NCBI GenBank assembly: GCA_963733035.1
Contig: CAVTBU010000006.1
Coordinates: 576,001 to 640,000 of the forward strand
Direction of reading: 5' to 3'
Length of the DNA: 64,000 nucleotides
DNA from: Pirellulales bacterium
GTDB taxonomy: Bacteria; Planctomycetota; Planctomycetia; Pirellulales; PALSA-1355
A model generated the notes under the pieces. The model did not search any database. It was not told the origin of the DNA and saw only the letters and a list, made by a program, of their open reading frames with translations. Shown here piece by piece: positions 1 through 9,386 of this stretch. The translations under genes and the position numbers were made by a program. Every line of letters begins with the position of its first letter. The first letter of the stretch is position 1.

Positions 1-548
1 TTCGAAAGGATGCCATTGCAGCCGTACAGCCAGCCGTCGACTCCCCAGGCCAGCGAACTGCTCACGTTATGCCGCGCTGTTGGGTCAAAGCCGTCGAGCT
101 TCACTACGGCAGGACCGTCGGGCATGTCGTCTGCATTCATATCGGGGACGTAAATGAGGTTCGGTGTCGAGCAAAGCCAGATGCCCCCAAAGCCCCACTC
201 AATGCTCGAAAGATTGCTGCCATTCTCCAAGAAGACCTTGCGGTCATCGAAAACGCCATCATTGTCGCGGTCTTCAAAGATCAGCACCTTGTCGTGTGCT
301 TCACCCTTCCAGCCAGGATAGGAATGGTTTTCGACGACCCACAGCCGTCCGCGGTCGTCGAACGTGAACGCAATCGGTTGCACAACATCGGGCTCGCCGG
401 CAAATAGCGTGGCCCGGAAGCCCGGCGGAAGCTTGAACCTCGCCGCGGCTTCAGCCGTACTCACCGGTCGATCCTGAGCTGTAACGATTTCAACGGTAGC
501 AAAACAGCTCGTGATGAGATATGCGACAAGCAATTGCGAGCGGAGCAT
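1..548 (-). CDS. PVC-type heme-binding / membrane-bound dehydrogenase domain protein, N-terminal part (runs off the left edge)
   Basis: Not in the ORF track because its stop lies outside the window. Manual translation: MLRSQLLVAYLITSCFATVEIVTAQ (signal-like), then FKLPPGFRATLFAGEPDVVQPIAFTFDDRGRLWVVE...SSLAWGVDGWLYGCNG, typical of planctomycete beta-propeller dehydrogenase-domain proteins. Confidence 0.85.
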   Translation of the reverse strand, partial: MLRSQLLVAYLITSCFATVEIVTAQDRPVSTAEAAARFKLPPGFRATLFAGEPDVVQPIAFTFDDRGRLWVVENHSYPGWKGEAHDKVLIFEDRDNDGVFDDRKVFLENGSNLSSIEWGFGGIWLCSTPNLIYVPDMNADDMPDGPAVVKLDGFDPTARHNVSSSLAWGVDGWLYGCNGILS

Positions 549-688
549 TGCGAAAGTCTCGGGCGTAAGAGTTGATCTGGCTAGCCGCCGGTCGGCACCT
601 GACGCACCAACTGGGATCCCCTGAGGATAAGTAGCCACGGTGCGACGTACCAGTCCCTTGTGTCCGAATCAATCGGAGGCGGTTGTGA

Positions 689-1897
689 TCAATCAGACGC
701 CTTTGGACCGACGAGCAATGCCAGGATCGTCTGCGCATAAACGCGGTGGCCAAAGTCGCTTGGATGGTTCACACCATTGCCGGTTAGGTCGACCTCCCGC
801 TTGTGTTTGAGCATTTCGGTCCAAACGTCCGTCAGATCGGCCAAAGCAATCCCCGGACCGACAAACGATCGCAAAACGTCGCGATATGGGGCGAACATTT
901 CGCGCGGCGTGTGCGCCCAATTGGCGTTGCCAAGCATCGTGGAGACGAGGATCACTTCCGTTTCGGCATTGTGCTTGTGAATTCGCTCCAGCATGTCGGC
1001 AATCGAAGCGCGATACGACTCCGGATCCTTGCGCCCGACGTCATTCATGCCATACGCGATGACTATCAAATCGGGCAAATCGGGCTCCGCGGCCAGCAAG
1101 GCGTCGAGATCGCTCTGTCCTCGCCCGACATTCCAACCTCCAACAGCCCGATTCCGCAATCTGACGTCCGCTCCATAGGTCGCGCGAAGTTGCGCAACAA
1201 CCAAGTCCGGGTAGGGTGGCATCCAAGGCGGGGCCCCGCTAAAGCCCGAGGCGTTGTATCCCTCGGAAATGCTGTCACCGCTGACGGCCACAGTGAGTCG
1301 TTGCTTTTTCTGGAGCTTGGCCAACGTTTTGGGAAGCTGGTCCTTTGCGAACTGCGGAGTCTTGCCAGGCCAATTGACCGGAGCATGTGCATATGTGACC
1401 TCGACCTGTTGATCGTGAAACCAGTGGGCATTGTCAAACAGTACGCTCCGCGATGGGTCACCAGTTTTTTGCGGAATGCTTCGTGGAGCACCAGCGGGCG
1501 GGAAGAGTTCGGCGGCCGTCAGTCGTGGGATCCGTGAATTGGGGGTGAGGACGAGCGTGCGACCGTCGGACTGTACTTCGAAATCGCGTCCCGCGTCGAA
1601 CGACTGCGTACCGTCGGCTCGATGTACCGCTAGAATTTTCTCGGCCGGTAACAGCAGGTTTCCCGTCGCCGGTTCATCTTCCGAGTCGCGCACGAATAGC
1701 GTGCTTTCGCGATGGACCATGTTGCCTTGCCAAATTGGTTCGAGTAGGTGCAACTCCGGCAACATTTCCTCGACCGCGGGTCGTTTCGTTGACGGCTCCT
1801 CGCCACGCGCCGAGCCAAACGCGCATACGACAAATAGTCCCAAACAAATTGGCAGTCTAGGCACGAATTTACCTCCAAATAGCGTCGAAGTATGCAC
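689..1897 (-). CDS. Secreted SGNH/GDSL hydrolase family protein
   Basis: Signal peptide; SGNH blocks GDSIS, AVGG, GMND and GVNHP. Confidence 0.85.
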   Translation of the reverse strand: MHTSTLFGGKFVPRLPICLGLFVVCAFGSARGEEPSTKRPAVEEMLPELHLLEPIWQGNMVHRESTLFVRDSEDEPATGNLLLPAEKILAVHRADGTQSFDAGRDFEVQSDGRTLVLTPNSRIPRLTAAELFPPAGAPRSIPQKTGDPSRSVLFDNAHWFHDQQVEVTYAHAPVNWPGKTPQFAKDQLPKTLAKLQKKQRLTVAVSGDSISEGYNASGFSGAPPWMPPYPDLVVAQLRATYGADVRLRNRAVGGWNVGRGQSDLDALLAAEPDLPDLIVIAYGMNDVGRKDPESYRASIADMLERIHKHNAETEVILVSTMLGNANWAHTPREMFAPYRDVLRSFVGPGIALADLTDVWTEMLKHKREVDLTGNGVNHPSDFGHRVYAQTILALLVGPKASD

Positions 1898-2206
1898 GAC
1901 GGAATCACTTCCGACAGTCCTATGCTACTACAAGGGGCCGGAGGAGTAACATCCTCTGGGAAAGCAAGTATGATCCCTGCCGCAAGGCACCACTACCGCC
2001 ACGGTTGGCGAGTGGCTAGGATCGAACGGCATGAGCTGGGGAGTTTTCCGCGTGCGAGCAAACTGCGATGCCAATTCGATGACGCGTCATGCTGGCAAAT
2101 GTCCCTTTCCGATCAATCACACGTTGAAACGAGAGACCGCTGAAAGATCCGCCCGCGATGTCGTTTGTAGCCAGGAGGAAATCGAATGAGGCCCCGGGGT
2201 GGCGCC

Positions 2207-3602
2207 ATGCGATTTGCGTGGAAAATGTTGATTTTGATGATACTTGCAACGCGCATGAGTTCCGTTGCCGAAGCGCAGGCGACTTGGAAGGCCGGAATAG
2301 CGCGGCGCAGTGGTTACTCCCGATACGCCGGTCTGGTTGGCTGGCTACGGTACGAAGCGCCCGCCCGATGGGAAGTTGCATGACCTGTGGATGAAGGCCC
2401 TGGCGCTCGAGGACGAACGCGGCTTCCGCGCTGTTTTGATCACCAGTGATTTCCAGGGCGTGCCAAAGACAATGAGTGATCGCGTGTTCATAGAACTGCG
2501 CAAGTGCTTTGGCCTGGAACGACGGCAGGTGATGTTCACCTTCTCGCACAACCATTGCGGCCCACGACTAGGAGATGACCTAGTCGACTACTATCCGGTC
2601 GATAAGGTACAAGTCGAACTCGTTCGCAATTACACAGATCAGATGGTGAAAAGATCCGTGGCCCTTGTGGGCCAGGCGCTGGCGGGCCTGCAACCGGCGC
2701 GGTTGGAAATGGGCGAAGGAAAGACAACTTTCGCCGTCAATCGCCGTAACAATCGCGAGGCGGACGTACCGGCGATGTTAGCCAGCAGCACACCGCTGGC
2801 CGGGCCCGTCGATCATGCCGTACCGGTGCTCGCGGTCAGGCGACCTGACGGCCGACTAATGGCGGTACTTTTCGGCTATGCCTGCCATCCGACAACGCTG
2901 AGTTTCAATACTTGGTGTGGCGACTACCCAGGCTTCGCCCAATTGGAGTTGGAAAAGGCACATCCGGGCGTCTTGGCAATGTTCGTCAATACGTGTGGCG
3001 GTGACCAGAATCCATTGCCGCGCCGAAGTGTCGAGCTGTGCCAGAAGTACGGCCAGATGCTTGCCAACGCGGTGGAGGACACGTTGCAGCAACCGCTCAA
3101 ACGGGTGTTGCCGCACCTGCGAGCGGCGTTTGCCTACGTCGAGTTGCCGTACTTGCAGGTCGCCTCGCGCGACGAGTTGCACGCGGCGGCACGGAGCGAC
3201 AATGCCATTCGCGCCCGTTGGGCCGCGCGGATGCTCGAAAAACTAGCTATGGGGGAAAAGTTTGCCGACTCGTATCCGTACCCGGTGCACGCCTGGCGAC
3301 TGGGCCAGCAGATGCTCGTCATCGGAATGGGTGCCGAAACGGTGGTCGACTACGCGTTGCGTTTCAAGCAGGAATTCGGCCCCGGCACCTGGGTGTGCGG
3401 CTATGCCGATGACATGATCGCCTACATTCCGTCGCGTCGCGTGTGGGAGGAGGGGGGCTATGAGGGCGGTTCGAACCTCTACGAATACGGCCGGCCGGCC
3501 TTGCGTTGGTCGGGGGACGTGGAGGAACGGATCGCTTCGACCGTGGATCAACTGGTCGCTCAGATCAGCGATGAATTGCAAACAACCGGAGATAGGCGTT
3601 GA
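2207..3602 (+). CDS. Neutral/alkaline ceramidase-like N-terminal domain protein (frameshift near 2305, probably a sequencing error)
   Basis: MRFAWKML...WKAGIAR signal segment continues in another frame as VVTPDTPVWLAGYG; motifs SHNHCGP, NRR, YACHPT, GDYPG, GYEG. Confidence 0.8.
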
Positions 3603-3638
3603 CGGGCGAAGGCAGTTGATGACGCTTGGGTCGGCGGG

Positions 3639-5255
3639 TTACAAGGTGTTGTACGCCCGCAACCTGCCGGCGGCCAATTCGCGCGTGAATTTGTAGAAGT
3701 GCCAATGCGTTACGCAGCGATTCATGAACTGCGCGAAGCCGATGATGTCGCGACGATGCCGGAGGTTTTGCGTGAAGAAGTATTTCACATAGATGCGTCC
3801 GACCGAGAGTAAGGAACCGTCCCACAACAGCGCCCAGAACAATGACCACAGCAATGCCAGGCCGTATCCCAGTGTCGGCAAGCATTTTCCCTCGCCGGCC
3901 TTGCGGCAAATCTCGGCACGCCGCTCCAGATATTCCGGGGATTCGTAAACCTTGAAATACCGCTCGAGATAGGCCTCGGGCGCATAGAGTCGTTTGACCA
4001 AGTCCCAATAGCCTTGGCGAAGTTCATCCCGGCTCATTTGTTGGGGAACGAAATTGCAGCTCGGGTCTTCCTCGACCAGCCGGCCTTCGCGCTTCAGGCG
4101 GTTGTAGAGAGGGGTTTTGGGTATGGCCTGCAGCATGCCTACCATTGCCAAGGTAATGCCGTTTTCCTGGATGAATCGAAACTGGTCGTCGAAGATTCCC
4201 TTGTCATCGCTATCGAATCCAACAATGAATCCCGCGTTAACGTCAATGCCGGCGCGCTGAATTCGTGCCAGCTTCGAACCCAGGGAATCGCCACGAACAT
4301 TCTGATACTTCTTGGTTTCATTGAGCGAATCGACGCGTGGCGTTTCAATTCCGATGAATACGCTACGGAAATTCGCGCGATACATCATGTCCAGTAGTTC
4401 AGCATCCTCCGCCAAATCGATGCTCGCCTCGGTCGTCAGTCTCAGCGGATAGTTGTGCTGTTCCATCCAGGGAATGAGCTTCTCCAGCAGGGCCTTCGCC
4501 TTCTTCTTGTTGCCGATGAAGTTGTCATCGACAATGAAGGCCGAGTGGAATCCGGCGCAACGCATATCGTCCAGCTCGGCGACGAGTTGATCGGGATCCT
4601 TGACCCGCGGCCGCCGGCCATAAATCACGATGATGTCGCAAAACTCACATTGAAACGGACAGCCCCGAGAATACTGCAGTGCCCCGGATGCATAGCGGTC
4701 GACCTTCAGAAGATCGAACCGCGGGCGCGGCACGGTCAACATGTCCGTGGGCTGCAATTGTTCGTAGCGTTTCTCGGTGGCATTGCCTCTGGCAAAATCA
4801 TCCAAAAATTGGGGCCAGGTTGTTTCCGCTTCGCCCACGAAGGTGACATCACATAGACCCTCGAAAAACTCCTCCTGAACGGAAACAAAAGGACCGCCAA
4901 CCACCGTAAAGATCTTGAGGTCGCGCAGCTTCAGCAGGATCTGTCGAGTCCGCACCTTTTGCACGTTCATTCCCGTCACGCCGATGAGGTCGTAATTCTG
5001 CAGCGATTCCCAGTCAATCTCCTCCACGTTCTCGTCAACCAGTCGCACGTCGTGGTGACCACAAAGACCGGCCAGAGCCGTTAGCGAACCGGAGATCATG
5101 GTGCTACGCTTGTCGCCCGGGTAAAGCGGGAGGGCGAAGTCGAATCCCCAGTAAGATGGCTCAAAGCGGGGATTGATCAGACAGATGGAGAGCCGCCTGG
5201 CGGGCGGACCGGTCGGGGTTGCCACCACTGGCAATGACAGCAGATCGATATTCAT
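3639..5255 (-). CDS. B12-binding radical SAM protein (HpnP-like, DUF4070-type C-terminus)
   Basis: Cobalamin-binding N-domain (VDENVE, GVTGM, VVGGP); CxxxCxxC in RGCPFQCEFC; VDDNFIG and GIETP motifs; start set at the ATG of MNIDLL. Confidence 0.85.
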   Translation of the reverse strand: MNIDLLSLPVVATPTGPPARRLSICLINPRFEPSYWGFDFALPLYPGDKRSTMISGSLTALAGLCGHHDVRLVDENVEEIDWESLQNYDLIGVTGMNVQKVRTRQILLKLRDLKIFTVVGGPFVSVQEEFFEGLCDVTFVGEAETTWPQFLDDFARGNATEKRYEQLQPTDMLTVPRPRFDLLKVDRYASGALQYSRGCPFQCEFCDIIVIYGRRPRVKDPDQLVAELDDMRCAGFHSAFIVDDNFIGNKKKAKALLEKLIPWMEQHNYPLRLTTEASIDLAEDAELLDMMYRANFRSVFIGIETPRVDSLNETKKYQNVRGDSLGSKLARIQRAGIDVNAGFIVGFDSDDKGIFDDQFRFIQENGITLAMVGMLQAIPKTPLYNRLKREGRLVEEDPSCNFVPQQMSRDELRQGYWDLVKRLYAPEAYLERYFKVYESPEYLERRAEICRKAGEGKCLPTLGYGLALLWSLFWALLWDGSLLSVGRIYVKYFFTQNLRHRRDIIGFAQFMNRCVTHWHFYKFTRELAAGRLRAYNTL

Positions 5256-5565
5256 TCCGCCGCGTTCATGCGGTTTCTCCAACGTGGCTGCAAGTAAGGA
5301 AGGAATCGGGTCGACGCTTTGCTGATGGCGGGCCAAGAGTACGCTAAGCGGCGTATTTGTCGAATAGCAACCTTGCTCGCGGTTGCCCGTTTTCCTTGTC
5401 TTCTCTTGGCCTTGAGACGTCCCTTAATCTGCTTCTGCGACGATCGAGGTACATGCCGCACTTTCGTATGGATTCGTAAGCTTTGAGTTTGCAATGTGTT
5501 GCTTTATGAGATACAATATTTGTAGGTTCAGTTTTGGGATATCTAATTTGGATGAGGTTGCTGCA

Positions 5566-6087
5566 ATGGCAGACGTGCTGATTACACGACAAATGTTTCT
5601 TGCCGACCGTCAGGGACGAAAGTTCGCCGACGTTCTGAACGATCCGGAGCAGCCCCTCGATCAGGTGCTCGCCTTTTTCAACGACGGCGATCGGCAACGG
5701 CGGATGGAAGAAGCGGAACTCCATCACAATCGGCCACCCTTGGCGGGCGTCGTGCGCGAGCTTGAGTTTCATAGCGACGTGGATCGGTTTCTGGCAACAC
5801 AGGATCCCCGCCGTACGAAGCGCCTGCGGCAGGCTGTCGGCGTTGTGGTGCGCATGATCATGGAGCGTCGCGGTTGGCGAAAAACCGGCAAAAAAGGTTC
5901 GCTGGGAGTACGTCTCGCCGGGCCGCGGTCCGACAAACCGGGTGCCAACCATAACACGGGTGGGTTGGCCCTTTGGTTTCTACGAGCAGAGCGATACGAG
6001 CGACCCGACGGAATGCCCTTTCAGACGGTGCGAGCCCGACGCGACGAATTTGAATCGGTTGCGGCCCAAGATTCTTCGATGGATTAG
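5566..6087 (+). CDS. Hypothetical protein
   Basis: ATG preceded by GAGG; natural-looking composition (MADVLITRQ...GWRKTGKKGSLG...WFLRAERYE); divergent from the radical SAM gene. Confidence 0.7.
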   Translation: MADVLITRQMFLADRQGRKFADVLNDPEQPLDQVLAFFNDGDRQRRMEEAELHHNRPPLAGVVRELEFHSDVDRFLATQDPRRTKRLRQAVGVVVRMIMERRGWRKTGKKGSLGVRLAGPRSDKPGANHNTGGLALWFLRAERYERPDGMPFQTVRARRDEFESVAAQDSSMD

Positions 6088-6120
6088 CGCGATTCACCAT
6101 TTGCGCACGGGATCGAGCGA

Positions 6121-6522
6121 GTGGCATTTTTAGGAAGCCGTGAAGTCATACGCGAGAGCTTGCACGCGGATAGAGAGATCAAAATGTTGCTTGATGCCAT
6201 TCGTGCGGAACTTGGTCGGCTGCAAGTGCACGCGGTGAATCTCGGGGTCGAGACGAACGACGATGGCCGCGTCTCACTGCAAGGGAGTCTTCTCAAATAC
6301 TGGGATCTACCGACTTTCCTCGATGGCCAATGGTTGCTGGTAGAACTTCAGAGGCTACCTGATGCGGCCGGCCCAGAAGCCGTGATGCACGGTCTCGTTG
6401 CAGCCCACGGCGAAAACGAGAAGTCCATCCAATCCCGCATTAGTCGGACTCAACTGCGACTCTTTGATCCGCAAAGCAGGATCTCTGCCGCAGAAATAGC
6501 GATCGCCCGGAAGGACAGCTAG
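6121..6522 (+). CDS. Hypothetical protein
   Basis: Fills the gap between neighbours; stop is 1 nt before the next ATG; start uncertain. Confidence 0.55.
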   Translation: MAFLGSREVIRESLHADREIKMLLDAIRAELGRLQVHAVNLGVETNDDGRVSLQGSLLKYWDLPTFLDGQWLLVELQRLPDAAGPEAVMHGLVAAHGENEKSIQSRISRTQLRLFDPQSRISAAEIAIARKDS

Positions 6523-6523
6523 C

Positions 6524-7282
6524 ATGGAAAGTTCACCTAGTGAACTCACACCGGGTTCGGAGATCAATCTGCTGTTACCATATGTCACTGATTTGGAGTT
6601 TGAGGTAGACCGACTTCGAAGACAGAGCCGATTTGTCGAGCGAAAGGCGTGGGATGCTCTCCAGAAGCTGCGATCGTTGTGCAAGGAAGCGACGAAGTCG
6701 GAAGGCAATGGCAATGCGATCGTGCAAGTCGAACGTACGATACTTGAGCTTTCGGAAGTCCTCGAAGACTTACACGAGCAACCCGGATATCATCCCGCGC
6801 ACGACCAAGTTGTCGCGATTGCGATTCGGCCCATGATTGAGCAGGTTTTTCGCTGGCAGCAGCGCTTGGAGGATGCCCCTTGTGCGGTGCTGCGCATGGA
6901 GTTGGAAGTCGATTACCTCGATTGGTTTCCGGCCCGATTTCGCCATATCGTCGATAATCTTATCGCCAATGCCCTGAGATATGCCGAGGCCGATAACGGC
7001 GAGTCGCGAGTCACGCTTGGACTTCGGCGCTCTGTGGACGGCTATGAATTACGCATCGCCGATAACGGCGTGGGCATTGCTTCCCAGGCGCAGATCGAAA
7101 TGCTCGAGTTGTTCCATCGCGCGGCGCCGGCTCGGGCGGCAGGCTTGGGGGTCGGTCTGGCAGTCGTCAAATTGCTCATCGAGCAAAGCGGCGGCACGCT
7201 GACGGTCGAATCCATTGAAGGCCAGGGGAGCTCCTTCCTGGCCATTTTGCCGCGCTATGACATCAATGACTTTCTCGAATGA
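6524..7282 (+). CDS. Histidine-kinase-like HATPase_c protein with no recognisable H-box and no sensor domain
   Basis: N box NLIANALRY, G1 DNGVG, F-box-like LFHR, G2 GLGVGL, GQGSSF; coiled-coil N-terminus. Confidence 0.85.
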   Translation: MESSPSELTPGSEINLLLPYVTDLEFEVDRLRRQSRFVERKAWDALQKLRSLCKEATKSEGNGNAIVQVERTILELSEVLEDLHEQPGYHPAHDQVVAIAIRPMIEQVFRWQQRLEDAPCAVLRMELEVDYLDWFPARFRHIVDNLIANALRYAEADNGESRVTLGLRRSVDGYELRIADNGVGIASQAQIEMLELFHRAAPARAAGLGVGLAVVKLLIEQSGGTLTVESIEGQGSSFLAILPRYDINDFLE

Positions 7283-7545
7283 TCGCAAATCACATGTCTG
7301 AAGAAATTCAACAGGATCACTTGCAGGCCGATTTGTCGAGGGTCGAGAAACTCAAGGAACTCTCTCGCTCGGGAGTAATTGACCGGCCGTTGAGTTATTT
7401 CAATCATTTGATTGACCTCTACGGCGATCCTGGCCGAATGGGCCCTCACCGTACTTTTACTGACAGGGAACGAGAGAGAGTCGATCTCTTCTTGGCATCC
7501 TTCACCACACCCATTTCTCATGACGATGATCGGAAAGTCCGATGA
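7279..7545 (+). CDS. Small hypothetical protein
   Basis: ATGA overlaps with the genes on both sides. Confidence 0.5.
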   Translation: MIANHMSEEIQQDHLQADLSRVEKLKELSRSGVIDRPLSYFNHLIDLYGDPGRMGPHRTFTDRERERVDLFLASFTTPISHDDDRKVR

Positions 7546-7724
7546 GGCTCGTACACTGCCGTAGATGCTTTCAGGCAACGCCGCTACTGACCCGATGCTG
7601 CACGCATTGCGGGGAAATCGACCGGTTTCGCGTCGTGAGAGGCTTCGGCGAAATGTTGATTTATTTCGCCGGTGGCGTATTGGCAATTGGTTTGGTGGTT
7701 TGGATCGCCCGCGTCTTGTCCTGA
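7542..7724 (+). CDS. Small zinc-ribbon-like membrane protein
   Basis: CRRC and CTHC pairs followed by one C-terminal hydrophobic helix. Confidence 0.6.
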   Translation: MRLVHCRRCFQATPLLTRCCTHCGEIDRFRVVRGFGEMLIYFAGGVLAIGLVVWIARVLS

Positions 7725-7754
7725 GGTCATCCCGAGCGTCTCGGTGTCAAAACA

Positions 7755-8111
7755 ATGAAATTTGCAGGTTGGATCAAGGGGCAGTTATTTCATCGCAATA
7801 AGGCGATGTTTCGCTACAAGCGGGGGATGGCGCGGGCGAAGTTGCATGAACTCGAGGCGGCTTTGACCGACTACACCGCCGTTATCGAAATGCCGGAAGC
7901 TTCTGCCGAAATTCGAGCAATGGCACTTTACAACCGCTCCATCGTGTATACTGCGAATCACAACGACTCCCAGGCAATCGGCGATCTTGAAGCGCTTCTA
8001 GAGATGGCTGGCGCCGCCGCGAACGTCAAATTGGAAGCCAGGCGAAAGCTGGTTCGCATGCAACGTATGACCGAGCGAGCCGAAGAGCGTTCATCGCCCC
8101 GTGAGTTCTAG
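7755..8111 (+). CDS. Small TPR-like protein
   Basis: TPR-like helices YKRGMARAK...AALTDYTAVI and ALYNRS...AIGDLEALL. Confidence 0.7.
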   Translation: MKFAGWIKGQLFHRNKAMFRYKRGMARAKLHELEAALTDYTAVIEMPEASAEIRAMALYNRSIVYTANHNDSQAIGDLEALLEMAGAAANVKLEARRKLVRMQRMTERAEERSSPREF

Positions 8112-8165
8112 TCGCACGTTTTTGCGACGAGGACTTCGGATTTCCTCACTGAAGACCCGAATCAG

Positions 8166-8399
8166 ATGAATTCCATGGCTCGTGATATCGATTACGCGGC
8201 AATTGCAGTCAAAAACGCAATTCTTGAGAAGTTTGGTCGCAAATGCGACCTGCAAGACCTGGACGTATCGGCAGGGGATCGCACCATTGTCGTGCGTCAC
8301 GCCGACAAAACCGCCGACGGAACCCGGGACTATCTGCTCGCTGCAGTTCGCGCGGCGGGCACCTACGAAGAAATGTGGGAATCTCTGAACCCGCAGTGA
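8166..8399 (+). CDS. Small hypothetical protein
   Basis: 77-aa ORF co-oriented with the cluster; natural-looking composition. Confidence 0.55.
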   Translation: MNSMARDIDYAAIAVKNAILEKFGRKCDLQDLDVSAGDRTIVVRHADKTADGTRDYLLAAVRAAGTYEEMWESLNPQ

Positions 8400-8657
8400 T
8401 GAAGTCGAGTAGTGGCTGCGGGCCGAAAAGACAGGTTGTCGCCGGCCGCCTCGATAGGGACAATCGCGATACGCGTGGCTTGGATTGCCGTCGATTCGCG
8501 TTTCGCAGCCCGCTGCGCCTGCGGCACCACCCATCCGTCCACTTCACGAGGAAATGCGCATCCCTATAGTTGGATTCGAGATGTGGCGTGGCCTTCCAGC
8601 ACGGATGTCGCCTTACACTACACTAGTTCAAGGATTTTGAGCACCCAGGTAGCGCCC

Positions 8658-9386
8658 ATGGAACATGTTATTGAAGCCTACAACCTGACGAAGGTCTACG
8701 ATGGCGAAGTGCCCGTGCCTGCCCTTCGTGGCATCGATCTGCAAGTGGCGCCAGCAACTTTTGTGGCCATTATGGGGCCATCTGGTTCTGGCAAGAGCAC
8801 GCTGTTGCAGATTCTCGGTGCGCTCGAACCTCCCACGGAGGGGCGATTACTGCTGGAAGGCACCGAAATTGAAAGGCTCTCCGATTCCGAGCGCACGCTG
8901 CTGCGACGGAGACGTATTGGGTTCATCTTTCAACAATTCAATTTGTTGCCGATCTTTACCGCCGTCGAAAACGTAGCCCTGCCACTTCGGTTGGAGGGCG
9001 TCAAGGAAGCCGAGGCCAAACGGCGAGCTTCCGAAGCACTGGCCATGGTAGGGCTCGAACATCGGCAGCACCACCTTCCAAGCCAGATTTCCGGCGGAGA
9101 GCAACAACGCGTGGCCGTGGCTCGCGCGCTAATCACGCAGCCCGCAATTATTCTGGCCGACGAACCAACCGGCAATCTCGACAGCGCCGCTGGCGAGCGA
9201 CTGGTGACAATGTTGCGAAAGCTGGTGGACGAGCATCGACAGACGCTCGTATTGGTCACACACGACACAACTGTGGCATCGCAGGCAGATCGGGTTATTC
9301 ACGTGCTTGACGGGCGGATCAGCGACGACACGGACCATCCGGCCGAGGAGCTTTCGGAAACAGCTGCGGCGAGGTCACCCAAATGA
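8658..9386 (+). CDS. ABC transporter ATP-binding protein, MacB/LolD family
   Basis: Walker [10 protein letters not shown], signature [10 protein letters not shown], Walker [16 protein letters not shown]; start reset to MEHVIEA. Confidence 0.95.
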   Translation: MEHVIEAYNLTKVYDGEVPVPALRGIDLQVAPATFVAIMGPSGSGKSTLLQILGALEPPTEGRLLLEGTEIERLSDSERTLLRRRRIGFIFQQFNLLPIFTAVENVALPLRLEGVKEAEAKRRASEALAMVGLEHRQHHLPSQISGGEQQRVAVARALITQPAIILADEPTGNLDSAAGERLVTMLRKLVDEHRQTLVLVTHDTTVASQADRVIHVLDGRISDDTDHPAEELSETAAARSPK

